Assembly: GCA_023267635.1 (NCBI GenBank)
Contig: JAHFMX010000001.1
Coordinates: 83,165-147,164 of the forward strand
Direction: 5' to 3'
Origin: a bacterium
GTDB lineage: Bacteria > Patescibacteriota > Minisyncoccia > Phycocordibacterales > UBA5272
Length of the DNA stretch: 64,000 nucleotides
Part shown: positions 1-10,975 of the stretch, piece by piece
Position numbering within the stretch: the stretch's first letter is position 1
Layout: each line of letters opens with the position of its first letter
The notes under the pieces: generated by a model
The model's input: the letters and a program-made list of their open reading frames with translations, nothing else
What the model was told of the DNA's origin: nothing
Database searches by the model: none
Translations under genes and position numbers: made by a program

Positions 1-179
1 ATGATGAGGGAGCCAATGCTTCCTGCAAGGAACATCACTGTGAACCCGACAACTAACTGGTAGATGCGAGTATTGTCTGGTTGGAGGTATTTGCCCACGG
101 ATATTGCCGTCTGTGTAATTATTACAGAAGTAATGGTCCACTCAAGAGCTCTCCATGGAGTGTATTTGGGTGGAGGCAC
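1..179 (-). CDS. Partial small membrane protein running off the left edge
   Basis: Manual translation from GTG at 179 (MPPPKYTPWRALEWTITSVIITQTAISV...VVGFTVMFLAG), AAAGGA upstream, two hydrophobic stretches. Confidence 0.4.
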   Translation of the reverse strand, partial: MPPPKYTPWRALEWTITSVIITQTAISVGKYLQPDNTRIYQLVVGFTVMFLAGSIGSLI

Positions 180-197
180 CAAAATTCCTTTCAGGGT

Positions 198-380
198 TTA
201 GTAGCAGCGAATCTTCTCGCGGCCGCTGGTGCGGTTGCGACTGAAGCCGATGATGATCCGACGTTGCGCTGGAATCTTGCTGGGTTGAAACCCTGAGGTT
301 TCGCCAGTGAATGCTCCTGGTGTCGGAATATCCACGGTTTTTGCTTTGTGTCCTGGGCGCTTCACGGTGACTTGGCACAT
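198..380 (-). CDS. Hypothetical 60-aa basic protein
   Basis: ATG preceded by AAGGAG and by a TTGACA/TATAAT promoter at 439-466. Confidence 0.5.
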   Translation of the reverse strand: MCQVTVKRPGHKAKTVDIPTPGAFTGETSGFQPSKIPAQRRIIIGFSRNRTSGREKIRCY

Positions 381-438
381 ACTGTTTCTCCTTGGTTGTT
401 GTTAATGTACAGAAATGAAATCGGGTATCCTATACTCT

Positions 439-466
439 ATTATACACCATTTAACACATTTGTCAA
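439..466 (-). promoter_or_regulatory. Sigma70-type promoter TTGACA-N16-TATAAT
   Basis: Reverse complement of attata-caccatttaacacatt-tgtcaa. Confidence 0.6.
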
Positions 467-524
467 GTATCCATAACCCTTATACATACTGTCTAAATAA
501 AAAAGCTATGGTAGAATACTCCAC

Positions 525-1160
525 ATGATTATCACTCACTTTGGACGACAACACTTTAAATTTCAAGTTGGAGATACAACCTTTGCCCTTAATCCTGTTT
601 CTAAAGACGGAAAAGGAAAGGTTGCTAAATATGGTGCAGATGTATGTCTTATTACGACAAACCATCCAGACTATAACGGACGTGAACAAACAGAGCACGG
701 AGGAAAGACTCCTTTCGTAATTATGGGCGCAGGGGAGTATGAAGTTGCAGATATTTTTATCAAAGGATTTGGTACAGAAGTTGAACTAAAGGACGGAAAG
801 ACTGCAAAGAAATACCAGAATACAAGTTACTGCTTTACCTTTGATGGTATTAAGGTGACATTCCTCGGTGCGCTTTCACATATGCTTGAGCCTGCACATA
901 AAGAAATTATTGATGAGACAGATGTTCTCTTTATTCCAGTTGGAGAAGATGGGTTCCTTCTTAACGCGTATGATGCGCACAAGCTTGCTGTGTCACTTGA
1001 ACCGAAACTCATTATTCCTATGGATTACAATGAGCAGTCAATTCCAATTTTCTTGAAAGAAGCAGGAGCAGAAAAAGTTGAACCAGTTGAAAAGCTTACT
1101 ATCAAGAAAAAAGATATTGATGGGAAACTCGGCGAGGTGGTTCTCTTTCACGAAATGTAA
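525..1160 (+). CDS. Metallo-beta-lactamase-fold protein (Lactamase_B_3-like) with degenerate metal motif
   Basis: ITHFG...ITTNHPDYN (HxHxDH position), GEYEVADIFIKG, DVLFIPVG, LEPKLIIPM. Confidence 0.75.
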   Translation: MIITHFGRQHFKFQVGDTTFALNPVSKDGKGKVAKYGADVCLITTNHPDYNGREQTEHGGKTPFVIMGAGEYEVADIFIKGFGTEVELKDGKTAKKYQNTSYCFTFDGIKVTFLGALSHMLEPAHKEIIDETDVLFIPVGEDGFLLNAYDAHKLAVSLEPKLIIPMDYNEQSIPIFLKEAGAEKVEPVEKLTIKKKDIDGKLGEVVLFHEM

Positions 1161-1162
1161 AC

Positions 1163-1190
1163 AAAGCGCGAACGTACAGTTCGCGCTTTT
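1163..1190 (+). terminator. Rho-independent terminator
   Basis: aaagcgcgaac-gtaca-gttcgcgctttt immediately after the stop. Confidence 0.75.
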
Positions 1191-1209
1191 ACGTTATACT
1201 TAACCACAT

Positions 1210-1500
1210 ATGAAATTCCCATTTTTTTGGAAGAAGGAAAACATACAAGGCGATGATCTTATTATTAAAGAACAAGCTGAACAAACACTTCTAGGACGCA
1301 ATCATGATCTCGATGCCATACGAGAGCGATTAGAAAGAGAGTACCCGAGCGCAGAAAGCGCTATTGAGGATTATAGAAAGGAGTATGTAACTGAAGCACA
1401 GTTGGCGTTACGATTTTCACCTGAGGAAATTGACACCATTCATGCTGAACGAGATGGGAGGGATAGAGAAGACGCTGAGATTCCTTCAGGATATTTATAA
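1210..1500 (+). CDS. Hypothetical acidic protein
   Basis: 96-aa ORF, TATACT motif just upstream, TAATG-coupled to next gene. Confidence 0.6.
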   Translation: MKFPFFWKKENIQGDDLIIKEQAEQTLLGRNHDLDAIRERLEREYPSAESAIEDYRKEYVTEAQLALRFSPEEIDTIHAERDGRDREDAEIPSGYL

Positions 1501-1826
1501 TGAAATTTATTTTAAAACATTTTACGCTTCGTTATTATTTGAGGCATGTACGAAAGCAAAATAAACACATGCAACATGTGCATGCTATTGCGTTTGCTGG
1601 GATTATTACGGCTCTTATTGCGGGTGTTATTTTGTACGCCGACTACGGATTTTGGCACGAAACATACGTTGCAGAAGATGCCCTTGTTGTTACTGATGCA
1701 AACATACCGGAGGAGTCTTCCGGATACTCCTGGGGGAGCTTTTTTGCAGAAGCTAAAGAGCGTTTTGCAAACATTGGAACAACAAGTGCAAGCTTCTTAG
1801 AAGGTAAAGAAACATATAAAAAGTAG
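1500..1826 (+). CDS. Hypothetical single-pass membrane protein
   Basis: Hydrophobic segment AIAFAGIITALIAGVILY. Confidence 0.65.
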   Translation: MKFILKHFTLRYYLRHVRKQNKHMQHVHAIAFAGIITALIAGVILYADYGFWHETYVAEDALVVTDANIPEESSGYSWGSFFAEAKERFANIGTTSASFLEGKETYKK

Positions 1827-1891
1827 CATAAAAGCTATAGCAAAAGAGTTCACTTTATGGTATACTAAAAAGATAATAATCCCTTATATCT

Positions 1892-4378
1892 ATGGCAAAA
1901 AAGACTGTTCCACAAGGAGAAAATAACGATGCTGGAGGTGCTTCTGTAGCAGTTCACAACGCCCATCTTAAGGTAAATATTTCTCGTGAAATGAAGGACG
2001 CGTATTTGGATTACGCGATGTCTGTTATTACTTCTCGTGCGCTTCCTGATGCTCGAGATGGAATGAAACCAGTGCACCGTCGAATTCTTTTTGCGATGAA
2101 CAACATGGGTCTTACTGCGGGAGCAAAGTTCCGAAAGTCTGCAACAGTGGTTGGAGAAGTACTCGGTAACTATCACCCTCACGGAGACGCATCAGTGTAT
2201 GATGCGATGGTAAAAACAGCGCAGGATTTTTCGTATCGTTATCCACTTGTTATGGGGCAGGGAAACTTTGGATCAATCGACGGTGACGGAGCAGCTGCTA
2301 TGCGTTATACGGAAGCAAAAATGTCGAAGCTTTCTATGGAAATGATGCGTGATATCGAAAAGGACACGGTAAAGATGGTTCCTAACTATGACGGTACAAA
2401 GCGTGAACCTCATGTTCTTCCAACATCTGTTCCGAACCTTCTTCTTAACGGAACACTTGGTATTGCCGTTGGTATGGCAACAAACATTCCTCCACACAAC
2501 TTGGGAGAGGTGATTGATGCTACGGCGCATTTAATTGATAACCCACACGCAACGACTGAAGAGTTGTGTGACTACGTTAAGGGGCCTGACTTTCCACTTG
2601 GTGGAATTGCATTCGGTCAGTCTGATATTCGTGCAGCGTACGCAACAGGGCGTGGCGGAGTTGTTGTTCGAGGAGAAGCGGAAATTACAGAAACAAAGAA
2701 TGGAATGTTCCAAATCATTATTACTTCTATTCCATACCGTGTACTGAAGAGTAATCTCATTGAAAACATTGCAGATCTTGTGCGTGAAAAGAAAATTGAA
2801 GGCATCAAAGGACTTCGTGATGAATCAACAAAAGACATTCGCGTGGTGATTGATTTGAAGAGTGGTGCTCAGCCACAGAAGGTTCTTAACTATTTATATA
2901 AACACACAGAACTAGAATCAACATTCCATTACAACGTTGTTGCGCTTGTTGATGGTGTACCTCAAACGCTTGCTCTTAAAGGAGCACTTGAAGCGTTTAT
3001 TGGTCACCGAAAGGAAGTTGTTCGTCGTCGTACTGAATTTGATCTTAAACGTGCACTTGAACGTGAACACATCTTACTTGGTCTTAAAAAGGCGCTTGAT
3101 CACATTGATGAAATCATCAAAACAATTCGTGCTTCAAAGGACACACCTGATGCTCATGCGGCTTTGGTAAAGAAGTTTAAGTTCTCAGATATTCAGGCAA
3201 CTGCGATTCTTGAAATGAAGCTTCAGCGATTGGCTGGACTTGAACGAAAGAAGATTGAGGATGACTTGAAAGCAGTTCAGGCTCTCATTGCAGAGCTTAA
3301 GGCAATTCTTGCATCAGAAAAGAAAATGCTCGCAATTATCAAAGGTGAACTTACTGATATCAAAGATAAATACGGAGACGAACGCCGCACAAAGATTGTA
3401 AAGCATCGCGCAAAGGAATTTAATCCAGAAGATTTGATTGCAGATCAGGAACAAGTACTTGTGTATACATCAGGAGGATATGTAAAGCGTACAGACCCTG
3501 CAGAATTTAGAACACAGAAACGTGGTGGTGTTGGAGTTGTTGACATGAACACGAAGGAAGAAGACTTCGTAACGATGTCACTTACTACCTCAACTCACAG
3601 TGATCTTCTCTTCTTTACTGACAAAGGAAAGGCATATCAGATCAAGATGTATGATCTTCCAGAAGGGAAGCGTGCCACTCGTGGGAAATCAATCATGAAC
3701 TTCCTACAGCTAGTGGACGGTGAAAAGGTAACGTCTATCCTTCCAATGTCAAAAGATGTGAAGGCACTCGTTGGGCAGTCTCTTATGATGATTACAAAAG
3801 AAGGAACCGTGAAGAAGTCATCTGCTGAAAGCTTTAAGGATGTGCGAAGAAATGGTTTGATTGCGATTCGTCTAGAGGACAAGGATGAATTACTTGCTGC
3901 ACTTTTTGTAACGGGTGAGGACAATGTGATGCTCACAACTCAGAATGGTCAGTCAATTCGTTTCAATCACACAGATGTTCGAGAAATGGGTCGTACTGCA
4001 GGAGGGGTGATTGGTATGAAGTTAGACAAGGGAGATATCATTGTTGCTGCAGATAAGATTCCAGAAGGAACTCGTGGAGCTGAACTTCTTGTGGTAACTG
4101 CAAATGGATATGGAAAGAAAACAAAACTTTCTGAATACAAAACACAGAAGCGTGGAGGTTCAGGTATCAAGACAGTGAAGGTAACAACAAAAACTGGTCC
4201 GCTTATTGTGGCTCGTGTGGTAACTGCAGAGCATGAAGAACTTCTTGCGGTATCAAAAGATTCACAAGTGATCAGAACAGAAGTAAGTTCTATCCCAACG
4301 CTTGGACGAGACACACAGGGTGTGCGAGTGATGAAGTTGCGGGAGGGGGATAGTGTTGCAACATTTAACTTGCTTTAA
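1892..4378 (+). CDS. gyrA: DNA gyrase subunit A
   Basis: [23 protein letters not shown] catalytic Tyr, GyrA-box QKRGGVG, C-terminal pinwheel repeats. Confidence 0.98.
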   Translation: MAKKTVPQGENNDAGGASVAVHNAHLKVNISREMKDAYLDYAMSVITSRALPDARDGMKPVHRRILFAMNNMGLTAGAKFRKSATVVGEVLGNYHPHGDASVYDAMVKTAQDFSYRYPLVMGQGNFGSIDGDGAAAMRYTEAKMSKLSMEMMRDIEKDTVKMVPNYDGTKREPHVLPTSVPNLLLNGTLGIAVGMATNIPPHNLGEVIDATAHLIDNPHATTEELCDYVKGPDFPLGGIAFGQSDIRAAYATGRGGVVVRGEAEITETKNGMFQIIITSIPYRVLKSNLIENIADLVREKKIEGIKGLRDESTKDIRVVIDLKSGAQPQKVLNYLYKHTELESTFHYNVVALVDGVPQTLALKGALEAFIGHRKEVVRRRTEFDLKRALEREHILLGLKKALDHIDEIIKTIRASKDTPDAHAALVKKFKFSDIQATAILEMKLQRLAGLERKKIEDDLKAVQALIAELKAILASEKKMLAIIKGELTDIKDKYGDERRTKIVKHRAKEFNPEDLIADQEQVLVYTSGGYVKRTDPAEFRTQKRGGVGVVDMNTKEEDFVTMSLTTSTHSDLLFFTDKGKAYQIKMYDLPEGKRATRGKSIMNFLQLVDGEKVTSILPMSKDVKALVGQSLMMITKEGTVKKSSAESFKDVRRNGLIAIRLEDKDELLAALFVTGEDNVMLTTQNGQSIRFNHTDVREMGRTAGGVIGMKLDKGDIIVAADKIPEGTRGAELLVVTANGYGKKTKLSEYKTQKRGGSGIKTVKVTTKTGPLIVARVVTAEHEELLAVSKDSQVIRTEVSSIPTLGRDTQGVRVMKLREGDSVATFNLL

Positions 4379-4380
4379 AC

Positions 4381-5136
4381 ATGTTTAAAGATTCCTTAGA
4401 TTTTTTTAGAAATATTATTCTGGGGAAAGAAAATGATGTGGTAGTTTCGGCAGAAGATACTTTGAAGGAAAGAATATCATCTCCTTTCTATGGTTATTTT
4501 CTGATTTCTTGGATTATATTTAATTGGAAGTTTATTTATATAGCTTTTTTTGTAAGTGAAGAAAAAATTTTCCAAAAAACAGGACTATTGAGAGAAGAGT
4601 ATCTCTGGTTGAATTCACCAGTAGATGTTTTGGGGAATATTTTTCAATTTGTTCTATATCCGTTTATGTTCTCACTCTTTGCGATATTTGTTCTACCGTA
4701 CATTTCACAGCTCTTTTTTTGGAAAAGTGTACTCAATAAGAGAGCTCTATTAAATATTGAAAAAAGATTGAATGAAAAAATAGCGGAGAAAATTGATTCG
4801 GACACTAAAGTTATCGTAGCAGAAACTAAAAAAAAGGTAGCTGAAAAAAGTGCAGAAGCAGAAGCGCCAGAAGTTCTTTGGGAAAGAGAGTTCGAAAAAT
4901 TCAAAAAAAATATTCTTTATCTTGAATTTGGTAAAGTAATCTACAATTTTTATAAAGGAAATGAGTTTTCTATATCTGCCAGCATGGCTGCCTTTTTAGA
5001 TTTAAACGGACTGGGAAATGTTCAATTGTTCAACAGTAAGGTGGCATTAGAGGAGAAAGGAAAGTTTTTTGTAAAAAAATATTTGGAAATTAATCCGAAT
5101 GCTTTATTAATATCACCAGAGAATAGTTCTAGATAG
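4381..5136 (+). CDS. Hypothetical membrane protein, very AT-rich
   Basis: 251-aa ORF, two N-terminal hydrophobic segments plus a coiled stretch; more A/T-rich than gyrA by eye. Confidence 0.7.
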   Translation: MFKDSLDFFRNIILGKENDVVVSAEDTLKERISSPFYGYFLISWIIFNWKFIYIAFFVSEEKIFQKTGLLREEYLWLNSPVDVLGNIFQFVLYPFMFSLFAIFVLPYISQLFFWKSVLNKRALLNIEKRLNEKIAEKIDSDTKVIVAETKKKVAEKSAEAEAPEVLWEREFEKFKKNILYLEFGKVIYNFYKGNEFSISASMAAFLDLNGLGNVQLFNSKVALEEKGKFFVKKYLEINPNALLISPENSSR

Positions 5137-5213
5137 GTTAGCTTCTTAGAGTTTGCTGGTTGATAGCCTATCCACTACTTACTGTTCATCACCTGCTGCT
5201 ATACTGTACCCAT

Positions 5214-5735
5214 ATGTTTTTAACCCCAGACCATCTTGTTCGTGAATTATATTTGAAGCCAGGAGATCGCGTGGCTGATATTGGTTGTGGAACAGGAGCG
5301 TACACTATTGCGCTTGCTCGTGAAGTAGGAGATATGGGTCAGGTGTACGCGGTGGACGTACACAAGGATCAGTTACATACCCTCGCAAGCACACTTGAAC
5401 GCCAGAAACTTTTGAATGTTGAAATTCTCTGGGCGGATATCGAAAAAGGAATTCCTATTGATGCATATAGTTTGGATGCAGTTGTGCTCTCTAATGTTTT
5501 GTTCCAATTACAAGATATTGATGCAGCGCTTACGTATGTTGCAAAGATTGTAAAACCAGGAGGAATGCTGCTTGTAGTGGATTGGTCTAAGTCACACGCT
5601 GGTATTGGACCACATAGCTCTCACGTAGTAACAGAAGAACAAGCAGAAACATTTGTTCTGAAACATGGATTTCGTATGCAGAAAAGATTACCTGCAGGGG
5701 ACTATCACTACGCATTTATTTCAGTATCTGCGTAG
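5214..5735 (+). CDS. Class I SAM-dependent methyltransferase
   Basis: VADIGCGTG, VYAVD, KPGGMLLVVDW; ATG 5214 follows TGCTATACT. Confidence 0.9.
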   Translation: MFLTPDHLVRELYLKPGDRVADIGCGTGAYTIALAREVGDMGQVYAVDVHKDQLHTLASTLERQKLLNVEILWADIEKGIPIDAYSLDAVVLSNVLFQLQDIDAALTYVAKIVKPGGMLLVVDWSKSHAGIGPHSSHVVTEEQAETFVLKHGFRMQKRLPAGDYHYAFISVSA

Positions 5736-5822
5736 TATCTGGGCTGGAAAATAAAGGCGGGAAGTAAGGGTTGAGGTTTTTGTCCACTACCTAGTACCCA
5801 TTACCTGCTATATACTGTTCTC

Positions 5823-7121
5823 ATGTTACGCACAATACTTCTCGGCGCTGGAATTTTCGCAGCTCTACTTTCTATATTAATATTCTCTGGGAAAATTCCT
5901 CTAGGGAACGCAAAAGATAAACCAGTAGGAGAGGTTGTCTTATGGGGAACTGTTGATGAGGTGCAAATGAATACGATAGTGCAGGAATTTAATCCGCAGG
6001 CCAAAACGTACCAAGTACGGTATACGGAGATTCCAGCAACACAGTTTAGTCAGAAGTTACTCGAAGCTCTAGCTAATGGAACAGGACCAGACATGATTAT
6101 TGTTCCTCATCAGCTTATCCTAGCGAATCAGACACGACTCTACCCATTTCCAATTGGCTCGCTATCAGAGAAGAAATATAAAGATCTCTATGTAGATGGG
6201 GCTTCGGTGTTGTTTACTCCATCAGGGGCGCTCGCACTTCCTGTGTCTATTGATCCGTTGGTTCTTTTCTATAACCGTACATTATTCTCTAAACATGGCA
6301 TAGTTAATCCTCCGCAGTATTGGGATGAGTTAGTAAACATGGTTCCACTCCTTACTATTCTTGATAGTCGTGGTCAATTTGTAGAATCCGCTATTTCTCT
6401 TGGTGCTCCAAATACACCGTATGCAAAAGAAATTCTTATGGCAACTGTGCAACAGCTTGGACAAACTCCAGTACTTAAGCAGTATCAGGAAGATGGTCAG
6501 TCGTATCTAAGTGTCACTGCGAATACTCCAGTTACGCAGGACGGTGAAGTGTTTCCACTAGCAACGGCTGCGCGATTCTTTACCCAGTTCTCAGATCCAA
6601 CAAAAAATACCTACACATGGAGTCAGTACGGAGGGAATGCAGAGGATCAGTTTGTGGCAGAAAAAGTTGCTATGTATATCGGACGAGCAAGTGAACTTGC
6701 GACACTTCGTGCACGTAATCCAAAGGCAGATGTAGAGATGTCATATCTTCCTCAGACGAGGGGGTACAATACATTTTCAACAACAGGACAAATGTATGCA
6801 ATCGGCACACTTAAGACAAGTAAGAATCTTGTAACGTCACTCACTATTGAGGGAGAGTTTGCGGGTGCTGGGGTTTCTCCTGCAATTGCGTCTCTTATGG
6901 GAACTGTTCCAGCACTTCGCGCGTATTCAAGTACTGAAGGCCTGTCTGATGTAATCGCTCGAAGTATGTTGGTCGCAAAACCTTGGTATGATAGTTTCCC
7001 AATCGAATCAGTAACACTCGTCTCTACCATGCTAGCTGACATTATAAGTGGAAGAGCGGGAGCGGCGGATGCGGCGGCGGACTTTGTATCTCGTTTGCAG
7101 GACCTGTATACTCCACTGTAA
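5823..7121 (+). CDS. Extracellular solute-binding protein (sugar-type SBP), N-terminally anchored
   Basis: N-terminal TM, VVLWGT, ALANGTGPD, LPVSIDPLVLFYNRTLF, PPQYWDE. Confidence 0.85.
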   Translation: MLRTILLGAGIFAALLSILIFSGKIPLGNAKDKPVGEVVLWGTVDEVQMNTIVQEFNPQAKTYQVRYTEIPATQFSQKLLEALANGTGPDMIIVPHQLILANQTRLYPFPIGSLSEKKYKDLYVDGASVLFTPSGALALPVSIDPLVLFYNRTLFSKHGIVNPPQYWDELVNMVPLLTILDSRGQFVESAISLGAPNTPYAKEILMATVQQLGQTPVLKQYQEDGQSYLSVTANTPVTQDGEVFPLATAARFFTQFSDPTKNTYTWSQYGGNAEDQFVAEKVAMYIGRASELATLRARNPKADVEMSYLPQTRGYNTFSTTGQMYAIGTLKTSKNLVTSLTIEGEFAGAGVSPAIASLMGTVPALRAYSSTEGLSDVIARSMLVAKPWYDSFPIESVTLVSTMLADIISGRAGAADAAADFVSRLQDLYTPL

Positions 7122-7130
7122 TACTCAGCT

Positions 7131-8111
7131 ATGAAATCCTCTACCATGAAGACAGTTTTCCTCTCAATATTTCTTGCGACGGTGTTAGCTACTCTTTCGG
7201 TTTCTGGTGTGCAAGCTCAAACTCCTTCTATTGCGGGAGATGGTACATGTGGAGCAACTGCCGCGGACGTATGTACCCCTCAGGATTTAAAAGAAATGGG
7301 AAGGAAACTTCTCACTATGTTTGCATTGCTCGGTAGTGGAATACTGGTTGTTATCATCGGTATACGTTTAGTAACATCTATGTTTGCCTACATGCGGGGA
7401 GATGTTATGGCTATTAAAAAGGCAGGCGAAGCTGCATTTAATGCGGCGATCGGTTTCTTTATTGTGTTTGCGGTTGCTGGAGGAATATTCCTATTAGGAC
7501 TTAAATACCTAGGTGCTCAACCATGGGTGGGGCAACTGCTTCAAATGTTTTCAAGTGCGTTTGTAGAGACAGCGTATGCACAGGAAACACTTTTGCCCAA
7601 TCCGCTTGGATCAAACAGTGCGTATGATCTTATATTAGCTGCAATGAATCTTGCAATGAGATTCTTTATTTACCCAGGACTTATCGTAATGTGGGTAGCG
7701 TCAGGATTTAAGTTTATTTATTCACAGGGTAACCCAGAGGGGCTTAAAACTGCACGCAACTGGTTGTTTATGTCTTTTATTATTACGGTTGTTGCGTTTT
7801 CACTCCAGGCGTTTCTATTAGCTTTCCGTGCGACGGCAGAGAAGATCGTTCCTATAGAGAAGAGTCAGACTATCCCTGCACCACAGACCACATCTCCTCT
7901 TCCTACAAACACAAATACTCCTGTTGCATGTGGATCAATTGCAAGCGAAGTACAGCGCAACGCATGTTTTGCAGCACAAGCGGGGACGACGGATGGTCGT
8001 GGGAAGCCAGAACCTAAGACACCAGGAGCTGCTTGTGTTGTGGGAGGAATGAATGGTAGGTGGGTGGGGGATTCTCTTAACGGATATTGTGTTGCAGGAG
8101 GAAGCAGATAA
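7131..8111 (+). CDS. TrbC/VirB2-like pilin, tandem two-unit protein with Cys-rich tail
   Basis: Signal peptide, two TM-loop-TM units (IKKAGEAAFNAAIG; GFKFIYSQGNPEGLKTAR), Pro/Thr linker and Cys pairs. Confidence 0.7.
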   Translation: MKSSTMKTVFLSIFLATVLATLSVSGVQAQTPSIAGDGTCGATAADVCTPQDLKEMGRKLLTMFALLGSGILVVIIGIRLVTSMFAYMRGDVMAIKKAGEAAFNAAIGFFIVFAVAGGIFLLGLKYLGAQPWVGQLLQMFSSAFVETAYAQETLLPNPLGSNSAYDLILAAMNLAMRFFIYPGLIVMWVASGFKFIYSQGNPEGLKTARNWLFMSFIITVVAFSLQAFLLAFRATAEKIVPIEKSQTIPAPQTTSPLPTNTNTPVACGSIASEVQRNACFAAQAGTTDGRGKPEPKTPGAACVVGGMNGRWVGDSLNGYCVAGGSR

Positions 8112-8170
8112 TCCTTGTGGGTGGAAAATATGTAAGATACACTATAGACACTATTAACTTATACGCAGCC

Positions 8171-8914
8171 ATGAAAAAGATTCCTTATCTCCAAATTCTT
8201 CTCTTTATTTGTATTGTTAGTTTCGTTTCTATTCCTACGCTTGTGTTTGCTCAGGATGGTGCTGCTCAGATTAACAAAGGCTTTGATACATTTGGCGGAA
8301 TCATTACTAGATTTACTCAAACAATCGTTCGCTCACTTGCAACACTCTTTGCAACCGCGGCCATGGTTGCGTTTTTCTACGGCATCGTACAGTTCATCTG
8401 GGGGTCACGAGACGGAGATGCTACGAAAGCAAAGAATGGTAAGAATTTTATGCTGTGGGGACTCATTGCGCTTTTCGTAATGTTCTCAGTCTGGGGAATC
8501 ATTAACTACGCTCAGGGAATATTTGGTATCGCAGGAAAAAATACAATTGTTATCCCACAGATTGAATTAGGGAATGGTAAGACTCAAGCAGATCCAAGTT
8601 CACAGGGATTGCCAATACTTAGGACTATCTACTATTGTTCAGATGGAACGCCGTATTACAATCAGTCTGATTTCAAAACAGCCTGCGCTCCTGCTCCAGG
8701 GGGTTCATCATCAAATACAACTAACACAAATCCTTGTGCTAATGACCCTAATGGTTTGACGCAGTATGATCCTGAGAGTAAAGGATGTGTGCGACCTTCA
8801 TCGCCAGGAGGAACTACTCAAACACCATATACTTGTCCAGATGGAGTAACGCCGTATTATGCTCCATCTGACTTCTCAACGGTCTGTACAGGTAGTGCGG
8901 CAAGTGGCATTTAA
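8171..8914 (+). CDS. TrbC/VirB2-like pilin with duplicated Cys-rich C-terminal motif
   Basis: MKK signal peptide, FFYGIVQFI...GKNFMLWGLIALFVMFSVWGII. Confidence 0.75.
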   Translation: MKKIPYLQILLFICIVSFVSIPTLVFAQDGAAQINKGFDTFGGIITRFTQTIVRSLATLFATAAMVAFFYGIVQFIWGSRDGDATKAKNGKNFMLWGLIALFVMFSVWGIINYAQGIFGIAGKNTIVIPQIELGNGKTQADPSSQGLPILRTIYYCSDGTPYYNQSDFKTACAPAPGGSSSNTTNTNPCANDPNGLTQYDPESKGCVRPSSPGGTTQTPYTCPDGVTPYYAPSDFSTVCTGSAASGI

Positions 8915-9129
8915 TTTTTCCGACATGTATAAATACAACTTACATCAACGTAAGTAGGCGTGCGTGGAGCGTCACTGAACTTAATTGTAGTCAGCAGAAG
9001 TCTACCTTTTAGAAAATTAGGGTTTAATTACCAGTATTGACAGAATCTTTTTGGTAACGTAGTGTAGAAAATGAAGGTACCGATACATGTCGGTTACTGC
9101 ATTCTTTTTCAACTCATTGGAGGTATTTT

Positions 9130-9888
9130 ATGACCACGAAAAGTGACCCAACGACAGGTGAAAAGACGTTTATGGAGTCTGTTCAGCAGGGTGGGCAACG
9201 CCCACCTAAAAGAGGAGTGGAGGACCATGAGGCAAGAAGGCCTCAAAGGCCAGCTCCTCCTCCCCATGGAACCGCGAGTGGTGGGCAACCTCCAACGCCA
9301 CCACCAGCTGTTCCTGGTGGTGGCGACAACGGAAAGTCTGGAGGTGATGAAGGTGGATCAGGGGGCGGGGTTAAGAAATGGCTGGAGGACAACAAGTTGG
9401 CCACGCTCTTTCTCGGACTTCTTCTGTTGACTACTTTTACTGCAATCGGCAATCAGATATGGGTGTACTATACCCGGCAAAGCATCCAATTGGTCAAGGA
9501 GCTCAACGACGCAGAGTCGTCTCCTGCCAAGGTTGCCGTGCCGCGTGTGGTTCCTGCCAAAATCCCTGTGCCGCCTGCAGTGCAATGTCAGTCGCCTGCA
9601 CCCGGAGCTACGCTTTTCTGGCAGCCACTATCTCTTTCACCAGGAAGCTGTGTGGAGCTTGCTCCACCAGCAAACGGAAGTATGTATTTTTGGGCGACAT
9701 TTTCTGCTGTCCCGAAATCCATGGAAGGCGTGTCTGAGATCAAGAGCGCGCGCGACGCAGGTGGACAGGACATTGTTCCAACAGGCGTTTGCCAAGGATC
9801 CAATTGTCAGGATTTCATCCGCAATCACTTGGGGCAAAGCTTGTTTGTGCGACAAGTTTCCAACCAAAACTTACATATCAAACTTTAA
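9130..9888 (+). CDS. Hypothetical bitopic membrane protein, Pro/Gly-rich N-terminus and Cys-containing outer domain
   Basis: GGAGG upstream, single TM LATLFLGLLLLTTFTAIG, GC-richer than flanks. Confidence 0.7.
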   Translation: MTTKSDPTTGEKTFMESVQQGGQRPPKRGVEDHEARRPQRPAPPPHGTASGGQPPTPPPAVPGGGDNGKSGGDEGGSGGGVKKWLEDNKLATLFLGLLLLTTFTAIGNQIWVYYTRQSIQLVKELNDAESSPAKVAVPRVVPAKIPVPPAVQCQSPAPGATLFWQPLSLSPGSCVELAPPANGSMYFWATFSAVPKSMEGVSEIKSARDAGGQDIVPTGVCQGSNCQDFIRNHLGQSLFVRQVSNQNLHIKL

Positions 9889-9900
9889 AGGAGTATCTTC

Positions 9901-10284
9901 ATGTCACCTCCACCAGCAAAAACCACACCAGCCGCAGCCGAGAAGAAGGAGGATGAGAAGAAACCCGAGAAGAAGAAGTCGCTTGGTGAAAATCTTGCGA
10001 TGATCCTGCTCTCCATTCTCTTCATTGTCATTTTCCTGTATATCCTCAATCCGCTTTTGGGAATGGGATTTGACGCAAGCGCGCAGACGATACGAACGAC
10101 TGGCGATGGATTGCAAAGCAACGGGGTTGCCTTGATTCATGCAGGCATCGGCGCTGGGGTCTTCATGGCTGGACTTACCGGCTTCATCCTGAAGATGCTA
10201 CTCATCGCACTGGTTGTCGTCGGTAGTGCACTGCTCGCACGGCTTATTGTCGGATTGATGAAGCCAAAGGAAGCTCACCATTAA
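9901..10284 (+). CDS. Hypothetical membrane protein
   Basis: AAGGAG upstream, about three hydrophobic helices. Confidence 0.7.
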   Translation: MSPPPAKTTPAAAEKKEDEKKPEKKKSLGENLAMILLSILFIVIFLYILNPLLGMGFDASAQTIRTTGDGLQSNGVALIHAGIGAGVFMAGLTGFILKMLLIALVVVGSALLARLIVGLMKPKEAHH

Positions 10285-10310
10285 AAAGCCGTCATTTGCA
10301 CGTTACGCAA

Positions 10311-10380
10311 TAAGGGGGTTTCTCACCTCCTGCATCACTCGGTATTACACCGCTTTGATGCGGGTCCGAGAAACCTCCTT
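10311..10380 (+). other. Long imperfect intergenic stem-loop (terminator or structured RNA)
   Basis: aagggggtttctc/gagaaacctcctt, cctgcatca/tgatgcggg, cggt/accg nested helices followed by a pyrimidine run. Confidence 0.55.
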
Positions 10381-10460
10381 TTCCTTTTCCCCAATAAAGC
10401 TGGTAATTCCTTGCAAAGGAATGGGAGAGCGCTATACTTTATATATACATAATAAATAAT

Positions 10461-10862
10461 ATGAAAAAAGCTTTACAAAGAATTTCTGTCGCAGTGGGGG
10501 TTATGGCAACAAGTGTTTCACTTGCATTTGCTCAAATTACAATTGGAATCGGAACACAGCAGGGTCAGGTAAATGGTGGAGCGCTCCTCCAACTCCTTTC
10601 ACTCGCTCAAGAGATCATGAGTCGCCTTGTGCCGTTTGCTGTTACGCTCGCGGTGCTCGCGTTCTTCTGGTTCCTTATCAAGTTCATCTTTAAGTCTGGT
10701 GATGCTACAGGAAGAGCTGATTCACTTAAAGGTATGGGATTTTCTATCCTTGCACTTTTCGTGATGGTTTCTATTTGGGGTATTATCGGACTTCTCGGTT
10801 CTATCGTTGGAGTTGGACAAGGTGGAAATATTCCAATCCCAGGAGTTCCACGACCTAACTAA
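10461..10862 (+). CDS. TrbC/VirB2-like pilin (minimal form)
   Basis: Signal peptide ending AFA, LAVLAFFWFLIKFI...ILALFVMVSIWGII. Confidence 0.75.
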   Translation: MKKALQRISVAVGVMATSVSLAFAQITIGIGTQQGQVNGGALLQLLSLAQEIMSRLVPFAVTLAVLAFFWFLIKFIFKSGDATGRADSLKGMGFSILALFVMVSIWGIIGLLGSIVGVGQGGNIPIPGVPRPN

Positions 10863-10894
10863 TCTCAGAACTTTTTACAGATTTTCTTTGTACA

Positions 10895-10926
10895 AACAAA
10901 ACACCCTCGAAAGAGGGTGTTTTGTT
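10895..10926 (+). terminator. Rho-independent terminator
   Basis: aacaaaacaccctc-gaaa-gagggtgttttgtt. Confidence 0.75.
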
Positions 10927-10975
10927 ATATATACTCATGTATACTTATATACAATTACAAACAATCATATTACCT

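Noticed and set aside
8935-9010. Possible riboswitch/ncRNA (acttac/gtaagt, gtaggc/gtctac helices)
   Set aside because: Short helices only, no recognisable family motif or terminator
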